Shown here: piece by piece, positions 52,023 through 64,000 of the stretch | Layout of the letters: every line of letters begins with the position of its first letter | Numbering within the stretch: position 1 is the first letter of the stretch | DNA from: Camelus dromedarius | Lineage: Eukaryota | DNA: 64,000 nt | Reading direction: 5' to 3' | NCBI RefSeq assembly: GCF_036321535.1 | Contig: NC_087436.1 | Location: 75,332,001-75,396,000 of the forward strand | Notes under the pieces: generated by a model | Database searches by the model: none | The model's input: the letters and a program-made list of their open reading frames with translations, nothing else | Told to the model about the DNA's origin: nothing | Translations under genes and position numbers: made by a program

Positions 52023-53639
52023 TATATACACTGCCTGAAACGAACAAGATTTCAGCTTGTTAGCAAACCAAGTTACAGTGCCTTCTGTCTAATCCCTTAA
52101 ATTCTTATTTGATTGGCTCAGCATTGTTTGTCAAAGCACTTTGTGAAAATAGATGGCTGTTTCCTCTCACCAAAACTCAGAAATAATTTTAGAACAGTTA
52201 GCACTTGACGAGTGCTAAGGACTGTCTGCGTATTTCATCAGGTTGTCCTCCTCCTCATCTGATAGCGGAAGGTGGTATTTCTTTCTAAAATAATAGAAAG
52301 GGGGAGTAAAGCAATGCGAGAGATTCTTTCACACTGTTCTCTTCAAAATATCTTTTGCCTTTTGGTTATCTTGAGGACAGAACATGAAATAATTTAACAG
52401 ATTTCTCATTATTTCCTGAATCTGCTTTACATTTTGTAATTCTTCCCTTTTCATTTTCTGTAAACCAGTTTTCTTTATAACGTTGATTCTAGGATTTACC
52501 AGCAATGTTCAACCAAAGTTTGTGGATCCGCTGTTATTTTTAAGATCTCTCTTGTCCAACTAGATCAAATTCTTTACTCAAGAAATCAATGCAAATTCTT
52601 TAGTCTTTTTGTTCAGTAGAAATCCCTCTCTCCTTACAGATTTGGATTGCAGATTATTTACTATGATTTGCCTTGTTCACAGTCACTTTTAATTTATGGG
52701 ATTTTTTTTTTTCGTATCCCTCTTTCATGAGACTAAGAGCCTGTATTTATGTGTGCAGCCAACATCTGGCTTGCCCTTTGTATTGAGAGATGAGCCCACT
52801 TACCATCTGGCTTGGTATCTAGAGTTGTGCTTCACAGAAGCACATGGACAATAACGTCACAGTCAGTTTCTCGTGCTCTCCTCGTTCTCTTGGAGCTAAT
52901 AGTGTGAGTTGTAGAGGAAATTATATTTTCTCTGTGTAAAGAAGAGGAAATTCAGTTTATGGAGTTAAAGAACTTGCTCAAGATAACCTTGGTCTGTTTG
53001 CCTAACATATTTTTTTATCATGAGATTTTATTGAAGTTCTTAAAGGGAAAAAGAACATTTCACGGAACTCTCACGTACCCAACACTCAGCTTGGAAAGCT
53101 AACAAATTTGCCCATTTTAAGAAATTCAGTTGCCTTGGGAAGACCAGAGAGTATTACATTTCTTTTTAGGCTATTTTAATGACATTTATGTAATTATGTT
53201 CATCACCATTTTAAATCGTTTTCTTTGTTATTATTTACAAAAGTAAGAAAATCCATTTTTAATCCCTGGAGGATAAAAAATGCAAAAATAGGCAAACTAG
53301 AAATCTTAGCCAATGCGTAATTAAAAGCAAACAAAGTAGAATTATGCCAGGAGTTGATCACATTTCCATATGGAAGAATGTGTGCTTTATTTGGGAGCTT
53401 AAGTATACCCGGTCCTTGAATATCTAGCAGCAGATAACCAGCTTTGTCTTAGGCCCTCCCCACTGTGTGGTCTGGTGTGCTTCCTTCTACCGTCTTCCTG
53501 GCCCAGCGAGGAACAGAGGGAGTGGAGCAGCACCAGTGACCCTGTGTGACACTGTCTTTAATGGTTTCCATTATTTTTGGATGAAGCATTGGGTTGTTTT
53601 TGATTATTTACACTACTTCCCCATTATATTCACATAGAT

Positions 53640-53768
53640 AGTGAAGCATGGATTCAGGTAGTTGCATTAAATTGTGAAGGCCATGCGTAACTTGTTCATC
53701 CTGTATCCCTAGCATCTAGGACAAGCCCTGACTTCTCGTAAGTTCTCCATGTGGGTTTGTTGACTGGA
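53640..53768 (+). mobile_element. L2 3' terminus
   Basis: 'cttgttcatcctgtatccctagcatctaggaca...gtttgttgactg'. Confidence 0.6.
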
Positions 53769-54502
53769 ACAGAATCACCCTAAGATGATATGTCAATGGC
53801 TAACAGCCTACACCTGGGCTGACTTATTTTTAAATTGAATTGATATAATCTGAGCAAAAACTTTTTGGCATGTGTTTAATGTAAGGAAAAGATTGTTATT
53901 GTTATTTTGAAACAGACTGAAAAATAAGAAAATTAAACTGATCTAATTTTTCTCCAAGCATGTTGCCAAGAGTAGAATAAATAGTGTAAATTGTGCTGAA
54001 ATGGGAAGAAAGGAAAACAAAAGCTAAGGGTGGGAGAGGTTATTTTTAGAGAGCAGTTATTTTCCAAAACTATTATTTTTGTCATGACCTTTTCCTCAGG
54101 TTTACTGATGATACTGTCGCTTGCTTTTTCTAGTGTAGAAGCACATGGTCCTCTAGGAGCTTGGAACCCACTGAGAAAAGCAAGCAGCGAGGAAGAACGC
54201 TCAATTATGCATTTTAAACACCATGCCTCATGTGGTCAGGATGAAATGTTACTCTGCTTGTACGATGGTATATTTTACATCTGAGCAAACACACCTGGCT
54301 TACTTTCCTCCACTTCCTCTTCTCTTTTCTCTGTTCAGGAAATCAGTTTGGTCAAGTTTCTGGTGTGGGGCGAAACCCGTGGGCCCGGACAGAGCGAGTG
54401 AGAGGGCCATCAAGGGGATCTCTGTTAGCTCATTTTTCATCCGGGAGATACATTTCTTTCCCAAAGCTGTGATCTAGGAGAGTTGCCAAGCAGCTAGAGT
54501 TT

Positions 54503-54504
<2 letters not shown>

Positions 54505-54548
<44 letters not shown>

Positions 54549-54585
54549 ACGCACACGCACACGCACACGCACACACACACACACA
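54505..54585. repeat. Compound (AC)17(GCACAC)6(AC)n microsatellite
   Basis: 81-bp uninterrupted purine-pyrimidine alternation. Confidence 0.97.
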
Positions 54586-56989
54586 AAACAGCAAACAACG
54601 TAATTCTTTCATGTGGCGAGCTCTCCCTTTGTTTCATGATGCTGTTGCTGGCTGGCCAGTTCTAAAATAGAGTCCACAGTTCCTTCGCCTTCGGCTATTT
54701 CTGGGCCCCTGGAATCTTAGTCAAAGCTTGATTCCAAAGAATTGTTCATGAGAGCATTCAGAGGGTGGAAGTGGAAGGCTCTCTTTTTGTAGGTTGGGAC
54801 CAAGTTGAAAAATGATAGAGGGTCATGAACAATTTCTCAGGTTCATTTTGTGAGCTTAGCAGGTGTAAAATATTCACAAAGCTTTTATGTCCATATCTGA
54901 AGCTGTGTGTTGTTTGAACCCAAAGTTCTCATCTCTTTTGATATCACTGTCTATCTCTTTGACAAGACCTGTAGTCGTGACTTAAAATGCTAATGTATTT
55001 TATTTTCTTTCTGGATCTTCAGCAGGGCTAGTAATGAAACAAGCCAATGACACAATTTGCTTTCATCTGCTTTGTTTTGTGACTGCCTCTTTGGTAGCCA
55101 GAGCCTGCCCTCTTGACCAGAGGAAACAGTGATGCCCACCTACTCAGTGGGGGTAGTTTTGTATTATGAATACCTGGATTTAGCTTATGTGTAAGATTCT
55201 CTAAAGAAGCAGTGGCTTTTCCAGTACTTAAACAAGGCATTGTCCCCAGGTGGCTTCAGCAGTCTGAAAAATGACCTCTGTTTTAAGGAGGCCTTTCAGA
55301 TGATTGAGTTGAATCCACTGATTCTAAATGTTACACCATTAGTGAAAAATATCTAACAATCACTTTTGGGGCCTGAGACAAATGTGGTTTCAGCTCAGCT
55401 GTTTTTTCATCAGGGTACCGCTGTGGCGACGCTCTCCGATGCATGCCCACACCCTCACTTTTCTGACGTCTGGGTCCTGGCCACCCCTTCTAGGTTGGCC
55501 TTTCCAGCTGCTCTGCTTTGATTGCTCTGTGGAAGTTTCTTCTTTAAGCTCTGCTGAGTGAAGAGGGTCATCACCAGCTATGGTGCTCGAGCAAGAGTCG
55601 AATTAAATTCCGATGCATACATTGTAATCAATAAACAAAATATTTCTATTTCACCTTGAAAATACATCACTTGTTGTGTTTTTAGACTTGCTGCCATAAA
55701 GAATATCCTCAAGACAAATGGCACTTGGATTCTTTTATCTCAGTTCTTTGTAGCAAAGCTAAGTTTTTGTTTACTTTCTGGTACCTCACATGACCTCTTT
55801 GCCCAAAGTAGGCTGGCTGTTGGCTTCGCTGGTCCATTTAGCTATGCCATTACCATTTCATTCTCGTAGTGGAGAATGGCTGTTGTGTTGACATGCTGTT
55901 GAAGTTATAATCACTGTGTTTTGGCCTTGGGCATCCAGTCTTGCTGGAGAGCAGCCCCAAACAGCAGTTGGAATCACTGCACGTTGTCTGGGAGAGTTTA
56001 ACCAAAGCCCTTAAACTAGACATGACTGTCTTAAGTAGCAGGAGCTCCTTGACATTGAGGGCAGAGGTTTTCAATCACGTATCAGAGCATTCGGTGAGCA
56101 ATCAGTGTGTAATGGGGCAAAACTTACCAGTATGTGTGTGTTCATAGACTTTCAAAGTCCTTCCTTTCTGAGAAAGAAGCACAAAACTCAACGGATGCAT
56201 TTTTGAGAGGAAAACAATCAAGTTGGAGTACAAACTAACTCCTTTGGGGCTTAATTGGAGGGGAACTTGATGTAATGAGAGTAAGAAGAATGGGCATGAA
56301 AGGTTTCGAGAGAAGTGACTTAGAAAAGCAGAAAAGGTATGATGGTGTGGCTAAGAGGGAGGGTTTTTCTGGAATGGGACAGCGAGTGGCTCCTGTGACT
56401 TGGGAGTTGTTTGAGAATAATCTAAGGTAGGATTTTAAGGTTGCTGTGGGCTCTGTTCTAGAACTCCTTTAGATGGTTGTGAGAAATGCAAGAGGAAATG
56501 GAAATTCTTGTTTGGGCTCTAAGTTTTAATGTGACATTGTTTCAGGACCGTGGGGATCATGGTTTCTGGATGGTAGGGTTTTTAAGTTTGCAGTAGTGAT
56601 TAATATGACACATTTTTGGTATGATTTACCTTTAAAAATAATTTAGAACTAATTCGCAATTATTCCTCTATTACTATGCTCATTCATAATCATCTAAAGT
56701 GGTTTTTTTTTTTCATGGGAGAGAAAGGATGCTTTAGGGATCACACATAATCTCCAACCTCTCTTATCTACTCTACAACTCAAGAGTATGTATCTATTAC
56801 TATTAATCAGTGTGGCGATTACATTTATTTATAGTGCATGTGATTTGCGATTTTATAGTTTTTAATTTACCCATGGATAAATTTTTAATAAGGAGGAAGG
56901 CAAGAATAAAGGAAGAAAGCCTGAGTAATGTGTCTATATCTCCACTGACCATGAAAAAGAAATATGTTTTAAATATTTCCCTTAGTATG

Positions 56990-57310
56990 AATACACTGGT
57001 TTCATGGGCCATAAGGATTTTAGGACAATCTACTGACATGTTTTATTTATCTCTCATGGTATTTAAGAAAACTTGAGTCAATTGCCAAAATATCAAATCA
57101 TGGGGATTTCATAATAAAATCTGGATTTCTAAACTCTCTTGAACATTTAGAAGATTTGGGATCCTTGGGCCTGTAATCCTATGGCAACGGTCATCTGGAT
57201 GTGTTCAGAAGTCTTGCTTATTAGCTGGGGCTTATGCGTGTCAGTTTGCTGTTACCCCCACAACACCTTTCATAGACACTGGCTGCTTCCTTTGTCTACA
57301 TCGGCATCAG
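56990..57310 (+). mobile_element. MER102-like (hAT-Charlie)
   Basis: 'gatttcataataaaatctggatttctaaactctcttgaacatttagaagatttgg...tgggcc...atggcaac' follows MER102; orientation nominal. Confidence 0.7.
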
Positions 57311-57724
57311 AATAAATGCTATTTCTAACTAATCGCTAAATCAAAAGTAAACTAAGTGATATGTTTAAAAAGTTTGTAATAATCCTAGTATTATTAAAAT
57401 GTTAGACACTTGAGCATCCTTTGCATTATAATGTAAAACAATAAAGTAGGGTTTATTTATTTTAATTAGAACATTTTATTTCTTAATACAGCAGCATTTC
57501 TGATAATCTTTCAATGGCTTATTTTGTTACCCAGATGCAAGCGCAAGCCACTTAAAGATGTAAAAAGAAGATGTTTTATAAGAAAAGGAAAGAAATAGGT
57601 TATTTTAATTGAGAAAAATATATTTTTTCTTTTTAATAAGAATTTATGTTTTACAGGTACCTAATCCATAGGTTATACTAGTAAGCGAGCCAGTGCACAT
57701 ACGTGAACTCTGTTGTTTTACATC

Positions 57725-57955
57725 ACTGTAGATAGAGTGTGGCTCTGGATTGGGGTGGTCTGGGTTTGAATTCTGACTCTGCCACATACAAGCTTTGTGA
57801 TCTGGGCGAGCCAGAGATTCTCTGTGTTTAGATCTTCTCACCTGTGATATGGGAATCATGATAGCACCTACCTTAGATGATTGAGGATTAAACTGAGTAA
57901 TCTAGACAGAAGAGTTGGCTCAGAATAAGAATTCAATAAATATTACCTATTATTG
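57725..57955 (+). mobile_element. MIR SINE, near full length
   Basis: 'ctgggtttgaattctgactctgccac...tgtgatctgggcgag...ctcacctgtgatatggga...tcaataaatattacctattatt'. Confidence 0.85.
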
Positions 57956-60900
57956 TTTCAGATAAAGCATCTTCAGTGTTATTTACTTTATTATAAGGTT
58001 TTTTTTTTGATAAAAAAAATCTTGGTACCTTATTGGGAGTATGTTGAGCATGTCTACATCATCTATCAAGAATAAGGTTTATAAACCCGGCCCTAGGAAA
58101 TGCTCTTGTACTAAATCTCAGTTTTAAAAATTTTGTCTGGTACCATAAACCTCTTTCTGTAAAATGAGGAGACTTCTCTTTGCCATCTACCTTGTAGGGT
58201 AAAACAAGACAGAAATTTTATAGTGATAATTGAGGCTGTTGGTAAGAAGATGCTGAAAGGATCTTTTGTCTTCAGTATATGAATTTGGTGATGAATTTAC
58301 TCATCCACTTTCCAGTTCTCAATTCCATGAATTTTCCAAGCCTTGGTAATCGAATATAGAAAAGCATAAGTATCAAGTTGTAGCCAAAAAATATGCGAAC
58401 AGCTAATTTATTGACATGGAAATGTACTTGTTCTTAGTGTGTCTCTAATCTTGTCCTTTAAACTATTTTTCGTGATGTTGACTTTGACTTTCTGCTGAAG
58501 GAAAAGCAGGTTTTGCTCCTGTGCCTAAAAGGAATCCACAAGAAAGATGTTTCTCGATCAGCAGACATGGGATATAGCACTAAGTCGGGACCATGTTCCG
58601 CTTCAGTAGGAATTTATGATTACATCCTTCCATCCTGTTGTTCGTTCTCTTGGGGAAAAAAATGGTTTTAAGTGGGAAGAGATAGAAATGGTACAAGAAG
58701 AACTATTTTTTGGATCCAGAATTGCTGTTGTTTTGCACCGCAGGCACCCACTGTCCTTTCTGAGGAAACAGGAAGCAGTATCTCACAGTTGTAAGTGAAG
58801 ATTGAATGTGATGGGTTACATTTGAGGAAAAATGTCCTTTTAAATGATTGCAAAAACACAAATCTCTCTCAGCTGTGGGGTTTTCAGTGTAGAGGATCTT
58901 GTAAATTCTGTCTGGCTGCCATTGTCATTGTTGTTACATTTATTCCATTTCTGTCACTGCCTGTTAGGTGGAAGTTTTGCTTTTATCTGATAACTTTGGA
59001 AACCCAAGTTATTTCTCCTGAGGCTATCAGACAGAAGAGTCTTTCCAGAGCTGGTTAATTCTGAAGTCTGAAGTGACTTTTTCCCTAGGGAGGGGAAGAC
59101 ACGGTTTTGGTTCCTTGCTTTGTCAGTGTAAACCATCCGGTATTGGGAGGAACCATAAAATGGAATTATCTGAGAAAAGTAAGTTCTGAGAAGTATTCCA
59201 ATTGTTTGTAGAGCTCCTTGCTAGGAAACAGTTTGTGGGGTCATCTTTTCTCCTCTCTAACCTTTTCTAGGATCTAGCATGCAGGCTAAGAGGCCCTGGT
59301 ACTTGAAGTGGTATTAAACAAGAAGCAACAGGCAGATGACACACAATTTCACTGACTGCTTGTCTCTAGGAAACACAGCCCAAACTCAGATGATAGAAAA
59401 GATAGTAAAGACACTATTTTAGTGGAGACTCTTGGAACACTGCCCAACTCTTATAAAAAATATTTTATTCACATTTTCTCATTCCGTTTTTATTCATCTT
59501 TTTATGGGTAAGTTTATGTGGTTAGACACTTATATTTACATAAATGTAGACCTTCATAATTTATATTTCTTAGTCCTTGAAAATTTTGTCTTTTTCTCTC
59601 TATTGTTAGAAAAATTGATAAATATCTCTCACTATTTAAAAAAAATCTATTTTAATTAAATTTTAAGGGCAAAAATTCCACATGTTCCCGGAGCCAGTTA
59701 ATTGAGTTACCTAATTATTCCAAGAGAGGATGACATTTATAATGGTTTTATTAGCAGAGATTATAATGTAGGGACTGGTTTCTTTCTAAGTCATGGGCAC
59801 TTTCTGAAAGTTGTTTGGTCCTCAGAATGCAAACCCTCTTCTCCACTATTCTCCACCGCCTTGCTAAGGGAACAATATTTTAAATTATGATGAATGAGGG
59901 TTAGGTTTCCATTCTAACCCACAAATCTTTGTAACCCGTACTGGGGCTGATCTGTAGTGCTGTGGTTTCTTATTGCTTCTTTGGAAAAGTTAGTCTCAAG
60001 TCACAATGTGACATACGATTTCCTGCGTTAACTCCAATACTGACAAAAATATTTCGCTTTCCTTTTGCGCTCAGACTGTTAGAGGAGGTTTCCTTTTCTC
60101 CTACCCCTCCAACCTGAACAGTGTGGGGAGTTCAATTCATTTTTTCCTTTGGTACAGAGACACGAACTAGTTGTACATGGTCACACCTGACAAAGATGGC
60201 AGCAGAATGAAGCTCTGCTTGTCCAACCTCCAATATCCCCCAGGTGGGGATTGCACTGGCCACCCGGCTGGAACAAGAGTTGAGTTCTGAGAGGCTAAAG
60301 ATAGATGTAGGTTCCTGCACTGGGCACAGAAAGCAAGAGGGGCAAGAGGGGCAATAGGGGCAGTTCAGGTCAGAGTTCCTGAGGACAGATACTAAGTCGG
60401 TGGTCTGCGAGGGGATGTGGTGGAGCAAATAGCTAGGTTTTAGGCTAAAATGGATTTTAAGGGTGGAAGGCAGGAACAGCTTTGTATGAGATGCTCATCA
60501 TTTTCCATTGGAGAGGGTGGGGCAGTCTGTGTTGCTTGAAACACTGTAAAAGGGATATTTTTAAAGTGATGTGTGTGTAATTCCAGTGCCATTCATAATG
60601 CTTTAGAGTAATAAAAATTCTGAATCAGGACAGATTAAAGAATATAACATAAGGAACAGAAACTGCATTTATGACCAATTAATACAACTAATCCTTTTAA
60701 AATTTCATGAAATGTTAAGAAAGATGTAGGAAAAGATTTAGAGAGGTTTTGATTTTATTAAAATGCTAGTGTAAATTTAGTACTTATGTAAAACACTAAA
60801 ATTGTTCTAAAGGGAAAAAAAAATCTTACCTGAGATAATACCTTATATAAATATAAGTTATTACCGTATAACAACTTTTCTACAGAAGGGATCTAAAGGC

Positions 60901-61837
60901 TATTTAAAATCTCATTTTTTATTATGGAAAGTGGGGTATTTTAATGAAGTTGTATTTAAACATGGGCTTAGCATAGTTAATACCTTTTTCGTTTTAAAAG
61001 CTTTATAATATTTTTCTCATTCTTTTTTTGTCCTTTTTTTTATGTAGGTCTTTTAAAAAGTAACACCTTGTTTTCCTGATTCATCAGCTTAAAACCAGTC
61101 TAAAGTTATTTCTCAAAACTCCTATCTTCTTTAAGTTTTCTTAAAGATCAGAATCTGCTTAAGATTCATCCAGTTATTCATTCATTCAAGCCCAATGCCA
61201 GGTGATGGGAATTGAATATACTAATAAGAAAAGTCAAGGTTTCTGCCCTTCGAGCCTCAGTCCTTTAAGTCAGAATACAAATTAAAAAGACGAATTCTGG
61301 AGTAATTCTCTTGATGCTCTAAGAATTGATGAGCATTAATTATGGTGGAATTCATCCCCCTTCCCACTCCCTTGTTTTTGAATAATGGTTAATGTTCAGG
61401 TAAAAATCAGAGCTTCCTGACCTAAAGGTATGATAAATCTGACGCAGTGACCTTTCTTTTGACAATGTAAAAATTTATCAAATACTATTATCAATGTCCC
61501 AGGCATATAGTAGGACACCTTGCCTTTCTTTTTATAGTATTTTATAGGGTGTTTCAAATGATCTCATTTTATGAAAAGCTCCAACAGTTCCTACCTGGGG
61601 CACTCCAGTGTCCAGCTCTTATTGGACCTTATCGTTAAGTTGACTTGAAAAACTCCAAAGATCTTGGAATTGGAGCAAAATATTTGTTTTCATAGAAAGC
61701 ACGTCAAACTGCTAAATTAGAAGACCTGAGTTATAATCCTAGCTTTATTAGTGTCTACTTTTATTACATTTCTGATCAAGACTCTGTTGACTCATCTGAA
61801 AAATGAAGGGCTGTGGTAGGTAATAGTAAATTGTCCA

Positions 61838-62335
61838 TATTAGGTAGATACTGTTGTGTAACGGACCACCCCAAACATCAGTGTCTTTAAACAATAAGCA
61901 TTTGTTATTGCTCAGGAGGTAGATATGGGTCATCTGGGCAATCCTGCTAACATGAGCCAGGCTTGCTTGGTCTTGATTGGGCCCGCTGGTGCCTCTGCCA
62001 TTACCTAGCAGCTGGGCATAGGGGTTGGCTCTTCTGGAGTGGCCTCTCCCATGGCTGGCTCTTAACTGGGCAACAAGACGAGAATGTCATATACATCTCA
62101 TCATCCAGCAGGCTAGTCTGGGCTTATTTTCTCAGCCAAAGGATGTGTCTCAAGACTGTGAACCTTGGGACATATGAGGTCTCTTTAAGCCTGTTAATTC
62201 TACCACTTTCTGTTGGCTGAAGCAAAATCTCAAGGCCAGCCCAGATTCAAGAGATGGGGAAACAGACTCCAAAGTCTTATTGAAAAGGAATGGAAACAGA
62301 GGGGAGTGAAAAATTACAGCCTGTTTTGCTATAAT
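61838..62335 (-). mobile_element. MaLR LTR (MLT1H-like)
   Basis: 'tgtgtaacggaccaccccaaa...ctcatcatccagcaggctagtctgggctt...aaggccagcccagattcaagagatggggaaacagactcc'. Confidence 0.85.
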
Positions 62336-63002
62336 TAATTGACTTACTGGCCTCTTTAAACTCTAACTTTTTGTTAAACCAATAAGTGATCTAATTTGTT
62401 ATTTAAATACCTACCACAGTGCTTAGGTATTAAAAGAAATATAAAAGAAAGAATAGCACTTGACTATATGGAAGGAGCTTTGCAGTTTACAGAATCATTT
62501 TCACTTTCCGGAGAAACATAAAATAAAAGATACTCTTGAGGATCTGGCAAGGTGGTTAAGCAATTAAGGCTCATATATTAAAACAGAAAACATTTCAAGA
62601 CCATCAATTTTTTTCTTTGGGATGGAGACTTGTGAGAACTACAGGACACGGAAAAGCAGGAGTCAAATGTAGGCTGAAATTGTCTACTAAGCCTTGAAGG
62701 GTGAGGTAGCAGTGGTTAGATCCAGACTAATCTGATTTTTTTCCTTTTGATCACCGCTTATATTTATACACACAAAGAGAGCAAAAGGTATTTTAATTAA
62801 GCAAGAGAAACAAAGAGTTTATGGTTGAATAATTAATCTCAAAACTTCTTTCCTGCTAGTTTAGAGGAGAAATTATATCTCGACTACAGAATTTTAGTAA
62901 ATTAAAACTATTTTCTAAAGAATATTTAATTTTCTCAATAGTCACCAAATAGGTTTTAAGTAGTGGTTCCTTTTAATAAAGGGAGAGGGATTAATTTCAA
63001 CC

Positions 63003-63419
63003 TCTGGCAGAGGTTGCTAGCTATTCACTAAAATCTATTTCCCTTTCCTACATCTCGCAGCCTATCTTGCAGTTAGATGTATCTTTTGATTGAATTCTGT
63101 CTCATGGAATGTGAGTAGAAAAATATGTGCCACTTCCTGGCTTAATCCACAAAACCTCCAACAGGTTTGCTTTTCCGTACCTCCTCTTTTGGAGATTGGG
63201 TTGGCCACACCAGGGTGGCTTTGAAAGCCATAGATTGATGTTGTAAGAGCTGCTGTCAACCTGTATTCCTAAATGATTGCCTAGAGCAGAGCCCCTCTTT
63301 CAAACAAGAATGTCTCCCCTGAATTATTAATGGAACATGACATGAAATTCTGTTGTGCTTAACACAATACATAGTGGATCTCTTGGTTTTATCAGTATAG
63401 TCTACTACACCTAATACAA
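63003..63419 (+). mobile_element. MaLR LTR (MLT1G/I-like)
   Basis: 'ttgcagttagatgt...ggaatgtgagtagaaaaatatgtgccacttcctggc...cctaataca' end. Confidence 0.7.
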
Positions 63420-63529
63420 CAAATAATACATTTACTTGTAAAGTCAAGGTAGCTCAAGCATAATTGAAGAGTTTTCTAGGCCATCTTCTCTGTCCACAGA
63501 TACTTGTTTTGGTACAAAGTTGAGATCAT

Positions 63530-63700
63530 CAAACACATATTGACTTTCTGTCATCTACAAAACACTGAGCTCATTGCTGAAAGCAGAACTGATTAAGACT
63601 GTTCCTCTTCAGGGAGCACACAGTCTCATAGGATAAACACATATGTAAAAGGATGATTATTATGCAATGTAATAAACCTATTTGGTGGTACAAGCTAAAT
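63530..63700 (-). mobile_element. L2 3' terminus
   Basis: 'caaacacatattgact...gttcctcttcagggagcacacagtct'. Confidence 0.55.
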
Positions 63701-63879
63701 TAATGTATTATAGAGACCCTACTATTTAGTGACTCAAGCAAGAAGAAAGTTTTTTTTTGTAATAGTTCAGAGTAAGGTGGGCAATCCAGGGTGTGTGGGC
63801 AGCTCTATTCTAGAGAGTTTTAATATCAATACTGATAAGAATGATTACCACTGATCATTATTAATGATGATCAGTTATA

Positions 63880-64000
63880 ATCACAGGTAGCATTAGCTGG
63901 CACTTATTGTGCGTGAAGCTCTCTTCCAAGTCCTTAGGTGTAATCACTTAATAGTTACAAAGCCCATTAAGCGTTAGGTACTATTTATTTTCCCATTTTC
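63880..64000 (-). mobile_element. MIR SINE, truncated by window end
   Basis: 'cacttattgtg...taggtactatttattttcccatttt'. Confidence 0.6.

Noticed and set aside
62702..62722. let-7-like start TGAGGTAG
   Set aside because: The remainder does not match let-7 and there is no complementary arm.
1..64000. Scattered AP-1 (TGASTCA) and YY1-like (AAGATGGC) motifs
   Set aside because: Short motifs at roughly chance frequency without convincing clustering.
1..64000. CRISPR array, operon, tRNA/rRNA or intact transposase/retroviral ORFs
   Set aside because: No regularly spaced direct repeats, no recognisable structural RNA and no long ORFs; the sequence is mammalian non-coding DNA.

Overview
This window is AT-rich, CpG-poor mammalian (eutherian) DNA made of old interspersed repeats (MIR, L2, L1M, HAL1, MaLR/MLT1 LTRs, hAT and Tigger DNA transposon fossils) separated by unique non-coding sequence. 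It looks like part of a long intron or an intergenic region. I recognise no protein-coding gene, RNA gene or CRISPR array, and the ORF track is chance ORFs or repeat remnants. I saw no Alu, B1/B2, Bov-tA, PRE1 or Can-SINE. The young L1 3' ends resemble those I recall from cetartiodactyls, camelids in particular (moderate confidence). Repeat names come from remembered consensus sequences, not a database search, and boundaries are approximate unless TSDs/TIRs are given. The best observations are a ~140-bp tailless retrocopy of only the 5' tip of an L1, flanked by a 16-bp TSD, and several well-formed plus-strand small-exon candidates, including a 15-nt microexon or recursive-splice motif. I found no convincing novel biological system.
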